Shown: in pieces, positions 50,707 to 61,023 of the stretch
Layout of the letters: each line of letters begins with the position of its first letter
Numbering within the stretch: position 1 is the first letter of the stretch
NCBI GenBank assembly: GCA_944320105.1
Contig: CALUGA010000010.1
Span: forward strand, 534-64,533
DNA from: an uncultured Prevotella sp.
Lineage (GTDB): Bacteria; Bacteroidota; Bacteroidia; Bacteroidales; Bacteroidaceae
DNA length: 64,000 bases
Direction of reading: 5' to 3'
Program-made: the position numbers and the translations under genes
The notes under the pieces: model-generated
Told to the model about the DNA's origin: nothing
The model's database searches: none
Seen by the model: the letters and a program-made list of their open reading frames with translations, nothing else

Positions 50707-51621
50707 ATGGAAATAAAGAAAGTTTTTGGCGTACTCACTTGTACTCTAGTGTTTAGCATCGGACTTAGTGGTTGTTCATCGGATGAAGACTCTGGCGATG
50801 GTGGTGGATTGACCAACATGTCGCAATTGGTAGGAAGCGAATGGAAGCGGAATTATTCTTGGATGAACGATGATGGATCTTATGAAAAGGGGGAAGGGAC
50901 ATTGAAGTTCATTTCGGCAAATTCGGCCCATGAGGATGTCACGTACCATGGTAAGGAATGGAGGTATAACTATGACCTTGACGTGGATGAATACAAATCG
51001 TATCATGGCGAACGCACGAACCTTTACACGTACACCGTGTCGGGCAACACAATAACCATGACCGATTTGGAATACGACAACGAAATAGTTCTGCGCTTGT
51101 CCGATGGCATGTTGGTGGCAGAGTCCGGGAGCGAAGATGTGTGGCAGCTGGTGAAAGCCGGTGACGGAATAGGTGAAGGAACCGGAGGCGCATCCTACAC
51201 ATGGGCAGACATGCAAGGCATCTGGGCGGATGAGGTAGAATATGGTGCCTACAAGTCTGATATCGCGGTATATCGGGCGCAAGGCTCACCGAGTTCTACT
51301 TATACCGACAACGCTCACCATGGCAACTTCAGGGTGTACTGCATGGAGTTCGACGGTGAGGGGAATGTGCGTGATTTGTACCCATACATGCGGACGGTTT
51401 ATAATAGCGGCTATCCGCTCTTGATGCAGTTCATGGCCTCAGACGGGCAGATGGTGTATTGGACAGACCTGAAACCGGATAGCTGGGAACGCAGGCCTTA
51501 CGTGATCAACGGAAACAAGTTGTATCAGAATGGGGTTGTGCGTTTCGAGATTTTAAGGCCCGGCCAAATGGTGGAGGTCGCCAGTGGCACCTTTTATACC
51601 AAGGTTGATGGCGCGAATTGA
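50707..51621 (+). CDS. Uncharacterised lipoprotein
   Basis: Lipobox LSGC followed by acidic SSDED (Bacteroidetes surface-export-like signal); own TATCTTTG box; lower GC than its neighbours. Confidence 0.8.
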   Translation: MEIKKVFGVLTCTLVFSIGLSGCSSDEDSGDGGGLTNMSQLVGSEWKRNYSWMNDDGSYEKGEGTLKFISANSAHEDVTYHGKEWRYNYDLDVDEYKSYHGERTNLYTYTVSGNTITMTDLEYDNEIVLRLSDGMLVAESGSEDVWQLVKAGDGIGEGTGGASYTWADMQGIWADEVEYGAYKSDIAVYRAQGSPSSTYTDNAHHGNFRVYCMEFDGEGNVRDLYPYMRTVYNSGYPLLMQFMASDGQMVYWTDLKPDSWERRPYVINGNKLYQNGVVRFEILRPGQMVEVASGTFYTKVDGAN

Positions 51622-51723
51622 ATGTCTTTGAAGGGGCGTCCGGCCTTGATGCGTTCGCTTTTGCGTCCGCCGGGGCAGGAGGCTTTGACATGAGGGGAGG
51701 TCTCCCTGCGTACAGCACAACAG

Positions 51724-51767
51724 GCCAACCAATCCAAGCCGAGTAGGCATGGATTGGTTGGCTTTTT
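51724..51767 (+). terminator. Intrinsic terminator
   Basis: gccaaccaatcca ... tggattggttggc followed by TTTTT. Confidence 0.75.
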
Positions 51768-51878
51768 GCATCTTCAGCCATTGGCCGTAGGAAAAACCGC
51801 TGGCCTGCAACCAAGTCATCGATGTTACAATCTCTAATCATTTTGCTGTTTGTTGCTCCGTATCTCATTTTTTTATAT

Positions 51879-52015
51879 TACCTTTGCACCGCAAAAAAAC
51901 AACAGCAAACAAAATCATGGACGATTATCACGCGGAAAACTTAAACTTGTAGACGCAGGGAAGAAGCTCGAAGTGGCTAATCCCCGCGCCGCAAACCATC
52001 ACGGAGGATTAGCAA
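51879..52015 (+). promoter_or_regulatory. corA promoter and leader with uORF and hairpin
   Basis: TACCTTTG at 51879; uORF 51917-51952; gctaatcc/ggattagc stem at 51976-52013. Confidence 0.55.
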
Positions 52016-52942
52016 ATGAGAACTTACTGGAACACGGTTGGAGGGCTCAAGGCCATCGATGAGTGGCAGCCCAATTGTTGGATACAAGTGACCTGCCCCA
52101 CGGAAGAGGACCAGCAGATGCTGGAAGAGCAGTTCAAGATACCAGATTACTTCATCTCCGACATCAGCGATACCGACGAGCGCGCCCGCTATGAGTACGA
52201 CGACGGATGGATGCTCATAATCCTGCGCATACCATACGTGAAGGAAATACGCTCGCGCACGCCTTACACTACGGTGCCGCTGGGTATCATCCACAAGCGC
52301 GACGTTACGATAACGGTGTGCTACTACGAAACGAACATGATGATAGACTTCGTGAGCTTCCAGCAAAAGCGAGGCGAGGGCTTCACCGACTACGTGGACA
52401 TGATTTTCCGCCTGTTCCTTTCTTCGGCCGTGTGGTACCTCAAGCGGCTAAAGCAAATCAACAGCCTTATTGAAAAAGCCAAGCGAAACCTCGACCGGGA
52501 GGTGAACAACGAGTCGCTCATCGGACTGAGTCGGCTGCAGGATTCGCTCACATACTTCATCACGTCGATACGCGGCAACGAGACGCTGCTGTCGAAACTG
52601 AAGTTCAAGCTGCAAATCGACGAGCTTGACGCAGACTTGATAGAGGATGTGAACATCGAGATGACGCAGGCCCGCGAGACCACAAACATCTACTCGAACA
52701 TCCTCGAATCGACCATGGACACATATTCGAGCATCATCAACAACAACATGAACACTGTGATGCGAACGCTCACGTCGGTGTCAATAATACTGATGTTCCC
52801 AACGCTAATAGCCAGCCTCTTTGGCATGAACCTCGTCAACGGCATGGAGCACAGCCGTTATGGCTTCGTCATCGCGCTCGTCATATCGGCCTGCATATCG
52901 GGCGTTTTCTGGTGGATTTTCCGCCATAAGAGACTTATTTAG
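52016..52942 (+). CDS. corA: CorA-family magnesium transporter
   Basis: PTLIASLFGMN signature and two C-terminal TM helices. Confidence 0.93.
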   Translation: MRTYWNTVGGLKAIDEWQPNCWIQVTCPTEEDQQMLEEQFKIPDYFISDISDTDERARYEYDDGWMLIILRIPYVKEIRSRTPYTTVPLGIIHKRDVTITVCYYETNMMIDFVSFQQKRGEGFTDYVDMIFRLFLSSAVWYLKRLKQINSLIEKAKRNLDREVNNESLIGLSRLQDSLTYFITSIRGNETLLSKLKFKLQIDELDADLIEDVNIEMTQARETTNIYSNILESTMDTYSSIINNNMNTVMRTLTSVSIILMFPTLIASLFGMNLVNGMEHSRYGFVIALVISACISGVFWWIFRHKRLI

Positions 52943-53120
52943 CATTAAAAGCACTAAAAAAACGATTGAAAATTAGGAGTTTAAAATATTTTTCTGTAAG
53001 TTTGCGGCCAAATAGTGCCTTGCCGCCCGCCACGCCACACTGTGGCATGCGGGCTGTGCGCCAATGGCGCCGGGGCATGGCGGAAGTGGCATAAAAACAA
53101 TCACGGACTAAAAAGTTTGA

Positions 53121-55058
53121 ATGATGGACTCTCAAGAAAAGGCCCTCGAAATGGGCAATCAGGAAGAAGTGAACAAAGTGGAGGGAAACATAGAGGCGCA
53201 GGCCGCACCGGCCGAAGCCACAGAGGCAGCACAGGAGGAGACCAAGGAGGCCGCCAACGAACCCGTGGCTGAGCCTGCCGTAGAGCCTGAGGCTGAACTT
53301 CAGGATGCGGCAGAGGCTGCCACCGAGGCCGAGGCTGAGCCGGAATACAAGAGGCACTATGCCTCGAAGAAGGAGGTGCTTGCCCGCGTAAAGGAGATAG
53401 CCCACGGCGACGAGGCCCCGGCAAAGGGCGAGGTGGACTACCTCAAGACCGTGTTCTACAAGCTCCACATAGCCGAGAGAGAAGCAATCCTGAAGAGCTA
53501 CATCGACGGCGGGGGCGACCCGGAGAACTACCATGTGCTGCCCGACGATGACGAGGAGGCTTTCAAGGCCGAGATGGGCATCATCAAGGAGAAGCGCCAG
53601 AAGCTGCTCAGGGAGCAGGAAGAGGAGCGCGAAGCCAACTTGAAGCGCAAGCTCGACATAATAGATAAGATAAAGGCCATGGTGACTTCGCCGGAAGAGG
53701 CCAACAAGTCGTACCAGGAATTCAAGGCACTCCAGCAGGAGTGGAAAGAGATAAAGAACGTTCCGGCCTCCAAGGCCAGCGAGCTGTGGCGCAACTACCA
53801 GCTCTATGTGGAGCAGTTCTACGATATGCTGAAGCTCAACAGCGAGGCTCGCGAGTATGACTTCAAGAAAAACCAGGAAACGAAGCTGCGCCTTTGTGAG
53901 GCTGCCGAGAAGCTGGCCGACGACCCGGACGTAATCAGCGCGTTCCACCAACTGCAGAAGTTGCATCAGGAATACCGCGAGACTGGCCCGGTGGCCAAGG
54001 AGCTTCGCGAGGAGATATGGGCGCGCTTCAAGGCCGCTTCGACAGTAATCAACAAGCGGCACCAGCAGCATTTTGAGCAGCTCAGGGCCAAGGAGGAAGA
54101 AAATCTCGCCCGCAAGACCGCCCTCTGCGAGCGCGTTGAGGCCATCGCTGCCGAAGAGAACAAGGGTGCCGGCGACTGGGAAAAGCACACAAAGGCAATC
54201 ATCGAGGTGCAGGCTGAATGGAAGACCATCGGTTTTGCGCCGCAAAAGATGAACGTTAAGATATTTGAGCGGTTCCGCGCCGCTTGCGACGATTTCTTCG
54301 GAAGGAAAGCCGAATACTTCAAGACGCTAAAGGAGACATTCAAGGCCAATGCCGACAAGAAGCGCGCATTGGTGGAAAAGGCCAAGGCCCTGCAGGACAG
54401 CACGGAGTGGCGCTCTACGTCAGACAAGCTCATTGCACTGCAAAAGGAGTGGAAAACGATAGGCATGACGCCTAAGAAAGTGGGCGACCAACTGTGGGAG
54501 GAGTTCATAGGGGCTTGCAACCACTTCTTCGAGGCGCGCAACGCGGCCAACCACGGGCAGAGGAGTGAGGAGCATGCCAACCTGGCGAAGAAGCGCGAGG
54601 TGATAGAGAAGCTCAAGGCCATAACCGCCGAGACTGTGGACAATGTGCAGGAGGCCGTGCAGAAGCTCGTGGAAGAGTATAACGCCATAGGCCATGTGCC
54701 TTACAAGGAAAAGGACAAGGTGTACAACGAGTACCGTGCAGCTCTCGACCGGATTTACAAGGAGCTTAACGTAAGTGTGGCGCAGCGCCGCCTCTCCAAC
54801 TTCAAGAACAAGCTGAAGAGCGTCGCCGAGCAGGGCGAGGGCGCACTCGATAATGAGCGTGCGCGCCTCATGAGGCAGTATGAGGCTCTCAGGAGCGAGG
54901 TGCAGACGTATGAGAACAACCTCGGCTTCCTCAACGCCAAGAGCAAGAGCGGCAACAGTCTCGTTGACGAAATGAACCGCAAGGTGCAGAAGCTGAAGGA
55001 CGACATGAACCTGCTGCGCGAGAAGATAAAGGCCATCGACGCGCAGGATAAGGAATAG
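53121..55058 (+). CDS. DUF349 repeat protein
   Basis: Repeated LQxEWKxIG..P....LW..F helical units and an acidic N-terminus. Confidence 0.88.
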   Translation: MMDSQEKALEMGNQEEVNKVEGNIEAQAAPAEATEAAQEETKEAANEPVAEPAVEPEAELQDAAEAATEAEAEPEYKRHYASKKEVLARVKEIAHGDEAPAKGEVDYLKTVFYKLHIAEREAILKSYIDGGGDPENYHVLPDDDEEAFKAEMGIIKEKRQKLLREQEEEREANLKRKLDIIDKIKAMVTSPEEANKSYQEFKALQQEWKEIKNVPASKASELWRNYQLYVEQFYDMLKLNSEAREYDFKKNQETKLRLCEAAEKLADDPDVISAFHQLQKLHQEYRETGPVAKELREEIWARFKAASTVINKRHQQHFEQLRAKEEENLARKTALCERVEAIAAEENKGAGDWEKHTKAIIEVQAEWKTIGFAPQKMNVKIFERFRAACDDFFGRKAEYFKTLKETFKANADKKRALVEKAKALQDSTEWRSTSDKLIALQKEWKTIGMTPKKVGDQLWEEFIGACNHFFEARNAANHGQRSEEHANLAKKREVIEKLKAITAETVDNVQEAVQKLVEEYNAIGHVPYKEKDKVYNEYRAALDRIYKELNVSVAQRRLSNFKNKLKSVAEQGEGALDNERARLMRQYEALRSEVQTYENNLGFLNAKSKSGNSLVDEMNRKVQKLKDDMNLLREKIKAIDAQDKE

Positions 55059-55078
55059 TGCATTCGTGACATAATGGC

Positions 55079-55128
55079 ATAGCCGCCACAAAGAGCCTTT
55101 GGTGTTCTTTGTGGCGGCTATGTTTTTT
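55079..55128 (+). terminator. Intrinsic terminator
   Basis: atagccgccacaaaga ... tctttgtggcggctat followed by a T run. Confidence 0.8.
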
Positions 55129-55446
55129 CTCTTCATTGGTTGTTAGTGCTGGCGGATGGTGGGGTGTTGGACCCGGCTCGGTCGTTATACTTTCTTCTTG
55201 TTTTGTTTTCAAGCCGGGCAGGATGGCTTACGCATTGCCGCAGGCGTGGCAGTCCACACTTATAGAGACGCGATTCGTCGCGTATGAAGTGGATTTCAAT
55301 GGAAATCCAGCTAAAATCTGGCTGAAACTCGTGAAAAACCAAAAAAAATCGCGTTTAGATGAAAAAAAAGCTCCAAAAGTTTTGCGGTTACGGAAAAATG
55401 CACTACCTTTGCACTCGCAATCAGATGATAAAGCTGATGCGAACAT

Positions 55447-55517
55447 TGGGATATGGTGTAATGGTAACACTACAGATTCTGGTCCTGTCATTCTTGGTTC
55501 GAGTCCGAGTATCCCAA
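55447..55517 (+). tRNA. tRNA-Gln(CTG)
   Basis: Acceptor TGGGATA/TATCCCA, anticodon loop TTCTGGT, GGTTCGAGTCC T-arm; TACCTTTG promoter box upstream and terminator-like hairpin downstream. Confidence 0.93.
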
Positions 55518-55856
55518 CAAAGAGGCTTCCAATGGAAGCCTTTTTTGTTTGCCATGGTATCCGTCAATGCACGGCGGAGCGTGGAGCGGCTTGCCGTAGG
55601 CAGGCCGGACTGCGCAAAAACTTAATATTTCCCAATTTATTTTGCCCTTTTGTGTATTTGCATTAACTTTGCAACTGATTGTGCAAAGCCGTCGGCAGCA
55701 TGGGCATAAAGGCGTTGCCACCGTTGGAAATGGCCAACTTGAGTATTCAAGTGTGGCCCCAAAGGTTACCATCAGCGTGGTGTTGGCAAGGCGCAAACAA
55801 GTCGGTTGGCATCATTTTTGCACGATGAAAAGTCATAATCACATTTATTTATATTA

Positions 55857-56216
55857 ATGGAACAAACAAAGCAATTAGTCCAGACAATCACCAAGGGAAT
55901 ACAAGAGAAGAAAGGAAAAGACATAGTGATAGCCGACCTCAGCTCCATTGAGGGCGCCATCTGCCGCTATTTCGTGATTTGCGAAGGCTCGTCGCCGGCC
56001 CAGGTGGAGGCCATTACCGAGTCCGTGGGCGACGTGGTGCGCATAGAAGCCGGCGAGAAACCCGTCAAGGTGGTTGGCCTGAACAATGCCCAGTGGGTGG
56101 CGATGGACTACAGCGACGTGCTCGTGCACATCTTCCTGCCCGACGTGCGCAAGTATTACAACCTTGAGAACCTGTGGGAAGATGCCACCATCACCACGGT
56201 GCCGGATGTAGATTGA
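55857..56216 (+). CDS. rsfS: Ribosome silencing factor
   Basis: [21 protein letters not shown] and YYNLENLW motifs. Confidence 0.95.
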   Translation: MEQTKQLVQTITKGIQEKKGKDIVIADLSSIEGAICRYFVICEGSSPAQVEAITESVGDVVRIEAGEKPVKVVGLNNAQWVAMDYSDVLVHIFLPDVRKYYNLENLWEDATITTVPDVD

Positions 56217-56225
56217 GACTGAATA

Positions 56226-58334
56226 ATGGACAACAAGCAGAATAACCCTAAGATGAACATGCCCAAGTTCAACATGAACTGGATATATGGCATGGTCATC
56301 ATTGCCCTGCTCCTGATGTGGTTTTCGGGCGGAGGGCAGAAGTCGAGCGTGCAGAGCGAAGCGTCATACTCTGAGTTCAAGAAGATGGTGATGAACGGCT
56401 ATGCATCGCGGATAGTGGTGAACAAGGGCAACAACACCCTGCTCATGTACGTCAAGGCCGAGCACATACGCGACGTTTTCGGCAAGGGCGTACAGCAAAC
56501 AGGCAAGGAACCGGCGGTCTCGGTGGAGTTCGGGTCGGTAGACCAGGTTGAGGAATTCATCGATAACGCCCGGCAGGAAAAGAAGTTCAGCGGCGATTAC
56601 AGCTACGAGAACAAGACCGACAGTGAACTGCTCACCATCTTGATACAGCTATTCCCGTTCATATTCTTCATCGGAATATGGATTTACTTCATGCGGCGCA
56701 TGGGGGGCGGCTCAGGCGGCGCAGGCGCCGGGGGCGTATTCAGCGTAGGCAAGAGCAAGGCAAAGATGTATGAAAAGGGAGGCGAGATAAACGTAACGTT
56801 CAAGGATGTGGCCGGCCAGGCCGGTGCGAAGCAGGAAGTGCAGGAGATCGTGGACTTCCTGAAGAACCCCAAGAAGTACACCGAGCTGGGCGGAAAGATA
56901 CCCAAGGGCGCGCTGCTCGTAGGCCCTCCCGGTACGGGAAAGACGCTGTTGGCCAAGGCTGTGGCCGGAGAGGCGGGTGTGCCGTTCTTCTCCATGAGCG
57001 GTTCCGACTTCGTTGAGATGTTCGTCGGCGTGGGCGCAAGCCGTGTGCGCGACCTTTTCAGGCAGGCCAAGGAGAAGTCGCCGTGCATCATCTTCATTGA
57101 TGAGATTGATGCAGTGGGCCGCGCCCGCAGCAAAAACCCGGCCATGGGAGGCAACGATGAGCGCGAGAACACGCTCAACGCCCTGCTCACCGAGATGGAC
57201 GGATTCGGCACCAACAGCGGCGTCATAATCCTCGCCGCCACAAACCGCGCCGACATGCTCGACTCAGCGCTGCTCCGTGCAGGCCGCTTCGACCGCCAGA
57301 TACACGTAGACCTGCCCGACCTCAACGAGCGCAAGGCCGTGTTCAAGGTTCACCTGCGCCCCGTAAAGACCGACGATACGGTTGACATCGACTTCCTTGC
57401 GCGCCAGACCCCGGGCTTCTCGGGCGCCGACATCGCCAACGTTTGCAACGAGGCTGCCCTCATAGCCGCCCGCCACAACAGCAAGGCCGTGGGCAAGCAA
57501 GACTTCCTCGACGCCGTGGACCGCATCATAGGAGGCCTGGAGAAGAAGACAAAGATAATGACCGACAAGGAGAAGGAGGCCATTGCCATACACGAGGCAG
57601 GCCACGCCACCGTCTCATGGTTCACCGAACACGCCAACCCCCTGGTCAAGGTGAGCATCGTGCCGCGCGGCCGTGCGCTCGGCGCAGCGTGGTACTTGCC
57701 CGAAGAAAGGGCCATCACCACAAAGGAGGAGATGCTCGACGAGATGTGCGCCACGCTCGGCGGGCGCGCCGCGGAGGAGCTTTTCATCGGCCACATATCC
57801 ACCGGCGCGATGAACGACCTTGAGCGCGTGACCAAGAGCGCATACGGCATGATTGCATACGCAGGCATGAGCGACAGGCTTCCCAACGTGTGCTACTACA
57901 ACAACAACGAATACAGCTTCCAACGGCCTTACTCCGAAACCACTGCGAAAATCATGGACGACGAGGTGCTCAAGATGATAAACGGGCAGTACGAGCGTGC
58001 AAAGCAACTGCTCACCGAGCACAAGGAAGGCCATGCCAAGCTCGCCAAGCTGCTCGTGGAGCGCGAGGTGATATTTGCTGAAGACGTGGAGAAGATATTC
58101 GGCAAGCGTCCGTGGGCCAGCCGTTCGGAAGAACTGCTTGAGGCGCAGCAACGGGCCGAGGCCGAAGCCATGGCCGAGCACAGGGCCAGGGAGCTTGAGG
58201 CCCAGGGCAAGCAGCTTGGTGGCGACACGCAGGCCGAACCTGACGGCGAGGCGCAAGCAACAGGCGGGCAGCCCGCCCTGCCGGCAGCAGACAGCAAGGA
58301 TGCGAACAACGATAAAACAACCAACGAGGAATGA
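56226..58334 (+). CDS. ftsH: ATP-dependent zinc metalloprotease FtsH
   Basis: Two TM helices, [22 protein letters not shown] and HEAGH. Confidence 0.97.
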   Translation: MDNKQNNPKMNMPKFNMNWIYGMVIIALLLMWFSGGGQKSSVQSEASYSEFKKMVMNGYASRIVVNKGNNTLLMYVKAEHIRDVFGKGVQQTGKEPAVSVEFGSVDQVEEFIDNARQEKKFSGDYSYENKTDSELLTILIQLFPFIFFIGIWIYFMRRMGGGSGGAGAGGVFSVGKSKAKMYEKGGEINVTFKDVAGQAGAKQEVQEIVDFLKNPKKYTELGGKIPKGALLVGPPGTGKTLLAKAVAGEAGVPFFSMSGSDFVEMFVGVGASRVRDLFRQAKEKSPCIIFIDEIDAVGRARSKNPAMGGNDERENTLNALLTEMDGFGTNSGVIILAATNRADMLDSALLRAGRFDRQIHVDLPDLNERKAVFKVHLRPVKTDDTVDIDFLARQTPGFSGADIANVCNEAALIAARHNSKAVGKQDFLDAVDRIIGGLEKKTKIMTDKEKEAIAIHEAGHATVSWFTEHANPLVKVSIVPRGRALGAAWYLPEERAITTKEEMLDEMCATLGGRAAEELFIGHISTGAMNDLERVTKSAYGMIAYAGMSDRLPNVCYYNNNEYSFQRPYSETTAKIMDDEVLKMINGQYERAKQLLTEHKEGHAKLAKLLVEREVIFAEDVEKIFGKRPWASRSEELLEAQQRAEAEAMAEHRARELEAQGKQLGGDTQAEPDGEAQATGGQPALPAADSKDANNDKTTNEE

Positions 58335-59179
58335 ACAACTTCATAGTTAGAGCCATCACCGGAACCCTGTTCGTTGCGGCAGTGGTGGTGAGCTTTTTGA
58401 ACCCTACGGCCATGGCGCTTCTCTTTGCGCTTGTCACCGGACTGACCGTGTGGGAGTTTACGGGGCTGGTAAACCAGCGGCCGGGCGTAGACACGAACCG
58501 CATGATATGCACCGTGGCAGGGGTGTACTTCTTTCTTGCCATGGTGGGCTTCTGCAGCGGGCTGACGCCGCCCACAGTGTTCATTCCCTACTTGATAACC
58601 GTCATTTACCTGCTCGTGGCAGAGCTTTATGCCAAGAATCCCGACCCGATAAGCACATGGGCGCACACGATGATGAGCCAGCTTTACATTGCGCTGCCGT
58701 TCTCCATGCTTGGCGTGCTGGCCTTCAGGGCTACGCCCGAGGGTACGGTCTACACATACCTCATGCCGCTGAGCGTGTTCGTGTTCCTTTGGATAAACGA
58801 CACCGGGGCCTATTGCTGCGGTTCGCTCCTCGGCCGCCACAAGCTCTTCCCGCGCATCAGCCCGGGCAAGAGCTGGGAAGGTTCGGTGGGCGGGGCCGTG
58901 TTCGTGGCCGCTGCTGCGGTGCTGATATGGCACCTTACGGAGCTTTACGGTGTCAACGACCTGCAACTTGGCGTGGCAGAGTGGGTTGGCCTTGGATTGG
59001 TGGTCACCGTTTTCGGAACGTGGGGCGACCTTGTCGAGAGCCTCTTCAAGCGCACTTTGGGCATCAAGGACAGTGGAAAGATACTGCCGGGCCACGGCGG
59101 GATGCTCGACCGATTCGACTCCTCGCTGCTTGCCCTGCCCGCCGCAGTGGTTTATCTCTATACGCTTACGCTGCTCTGA
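58331..59179 (+). CDS. cdsA: Phosphatidate cytidylyltransferase
   Basis: SPGKSWEG and GDLVESLFKR..IKDSG..PGHGGMLDRFDS motifs. Confidence 0.96.
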   Translation: MNNFIVRAITGTLFVAAVVVSFLNPTAMALLFALVTGLTVWEFTGLVNQRPGVDTNRMICTVAGVYFFLAMVGFCSGLTPPTVFIPYLITVIYLLVAELYAKNPDPISTWAHTMMSQLYIALPFSMLGVLAFRATPEGTVYTYLMPLSVFVFLWINDTGAYCCGSLLGRHKLFPRISPGKSWEGSVGGAVFVAAAAVLIWHLTELYGVNDLQLGVAEWVGLGLVVTVFGTWGDLVESLFKRTLGIKDSGKILPGHGGMLDRFDSSLLALPAAVVYLYTLTLL

Positions 59180-59202
59180 GCAGGCAGCATAGTATTTTTG
59201 TA

Positions 59203-59250
59203 CGCGCCCGTTCCCGCTTCACTTCCAAAGCAGGAACGGGCGCGGTTTTT
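59203..59250 (+). terminator. Intrinsic terminator
   Basis: cgcgcccgttcc ... ggaacgggcgcg followed by GTTTTT. Confidence 0.75.
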
Positions 59251-59381
59251 GTGTATTCCTGTCAGTCCGTTACCGTTGCAATCGCGCGAATGGACGCTTT
59301 TCCTTTAAAATATACCATTGGTCGCACATTGTTGGCTTCAGTGTTGGGCATCGGCAATGGCCGGATAATGCCATTGAATAT

Positions 59382-59530
59382 GTAAACTTTTTTGCTGGTT
59401 ATGGGCTTGCCGTGCAATGTGTTGGCATTCAGTGCTTTAGCGAATGTGCCGTTTTGCCTTGCAATATAGGCCGTTTCGCAAGGCAAAACGGCACGTTTCA
59501 GCTTCCCATATGGCCTGTTTTGCAAGGCAA
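59382..59530. repeat. 22-bp-period array element, copy 6 (reverse orientation)
   Basis: Tail gtaaacttttttgc precedes gcaatataggccgtttcgcaag/gcaaaacggcacgtttcagctt/cccatatggcctgttttgcaag. Confidence 0.7.
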
Positions 59531-59589
59531 GATGGTATGAGGGGCATCGCAAGGGGGCTTTTGTTGTGATTTATTACTGGGCGGGTAAT

Positions 59590-59712
59590 TGGTAGGTGGA
59601 GTGGGTTGGGTAGGTTAGGTGGAGTAGGTTTGGTAGGTAGAGGAGGTGGGTTTGGTAGGTAGGTGGAGTAGGTTTGGTAGGTAGGGGAGGTAGGTGTTGT
59701 TGGGTGGGGCGT
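59590..59712. repeat. G/T-rich simple tandem repeat
   Basis: gtaggtttggtaggtag recurs; this stretch of the + strand contains almost no C. Confidence 0.75.
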
Positions 59713-59823
59713 GGTGCATTATCTGTAAAAATGGTTGGGTCTTCCGTAAAGGCTATACTTTGCGGGTTGGAAATTTTGAGTATCTTTGCATCGTGAAGAA
59801 ACGTTGCTGGCCGATGGTTGGCC

Positions 59824-60435
59824 ATGCACAAAAAACTGATTGATATGGTAAAGGCAATGACTATCATCGCGGCGGCCATGATGCTCGCCGCATCGTGTAC
59901 CGCCAAGCAGGGCGGGGCAAATGAGGCCCATGCAGCCGAAGGTAAGGTTGCGGGCAGTGGCAAAAAAGTATTGGTGGCATACTTCTCCTGCACCGGCACC
60001 ACTGAGGCTGCCGCCAAGGCCGTGGCTGAGGCTACCGGGGGCAAGCTCTACCGCATTCAGCCGAAGCAGCCTTACACTGCGGCTGACCTCGACTGGAACG
60101 ACAAGGCGAGCCGCAGCACGGCCGAGATGACCAATCCTGCTGCCCGGCCGGAGCTGGCCGACCGTGACGCCAAGGTTGAGCAGTATGACGTTGTGTTCCT
60201 TGGCTACCCTATCTGGTGGGACCAATGCCCGCGCATCATATACTCTTTCATGGAGGCTTACACTTTTGAGGGCAAGACGGTGGTGCCTTTTGCCACATCG
60301 GGCGGCAGCACGATAGCCAACAGCGTGAGCGAGCTTAAGCGGCTTTACGGCAGTGGCATCACTTGGGCCGAGGGGCGTCTGCTCAACTCTGGAGCCGACG
60401 ATGCTCGGCTGTGGGCCGCCGGTTGCCTGAAGTGA
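59824..60435 (+). CDS. Flavodoxin (probable lipoprotein)
   Basis: LAASC lipobox; VAYFSCTGTT, GYPIWW and PFATSGGS motifs. Confidence 0.88.
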   Translation: MHKKLIDMVKAMTIIAAAMMLAASCTAKQGGANEAHAAEGKVAGSGKKVLVAYFSCTGTTEAAAKAVAEATGGKLYRIQPKQPYTAADLDWNDKASRSTAEMTNPAARPELADRDAKVEQYDVVFLGYPIWWDQCPRIIYSFMEAYTFEGKTVVPFATSGGSTIANSVSELKRLYGSGITWAEGRLLNSGADDARLWAAGCLK

Positions 60436-60480
60436 CGGTTGCCTTGGTGAACGATGACAGAGCTAAACAAATATAATATT

Positions 60481-61023
60481 ATGAGCAACGTACTGATAAT
60501 AAAGACAAGTCCTCGTGTGGGCGGCAATTCCGACACGCTGGCCGATGAGTTTGCGCGTGGCGCGGCTGAGGCCGGTCACACGGTGGAGACGGTGAGCCTG
60601 GCTGGCAAGGATGTGGCTTTCTGCCGCGGATGCCTGGCCTGCCAGAAGACGCGCAGGTGCGTAATCCGCGACTATGCCGACGAGGTGAGGCAGAAGATGC
60701 ACGATGCCGATGTGATAGTGTGGGCCACGCCCGTTTATTACTATAGCGTGAGCGGCCAGATGAAGACCATGATAGACCGCTCCAACCCGCTCTACGACTC
60801 GGACTATAAGTTCCGCGACGTCTACTTGCTTGCCTCTGCCGCCGAGGACGAGGCAACCACGGTTGAAGGCGCTGTGACAGCCTTGAACGGCTGGATAGCT
60901 TGCTTCGAGCGTTCGAGGCTGGCCGGGGTGGTGTTTGCCGGAGGCGTAAACGAGCGCGGCGACATTGCCGGCCACGCCTCGTTGCAGAAAGCTTACGAGG
61001 CCGGGCGCGCCGTTGGTGCCTGA
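60481..61023 (+). CDS. Flavodoxin-family/iron-sulfur flavoprotein (NADPH-dependent FMN reductase fold)
   Basis: SPRVGGNS, CRGCLACQKTRRC, TPVY and KTMIDR motifs. Confidence 0.88.
   Translation: MSNVLIIKTSPRVGGNSDTLADEFARGAAEAGHTVETVSLAGKDVAFCRGCLACQKTRRCVIRDYADEVRQKMHDADVIVWATPVYYYSVSGQMKTMIDRSNPLYDSDYKFRDVYLLASAAEDEATTVEGAVTALNGWIACFERSRLAGVVFAGGVNERGDIAGHASLQKAYEAGRAVGA

Noticed and set aside
55447-55517. tRNA-Gln as an integration site; A-C mismatch at the base of the anticodon stem
   Set aside because: No integrase or duplicated tRNA 3' end was seen. One mismatch is not enough to call a pseudo-tRNA when the promoter and other arms are intact.
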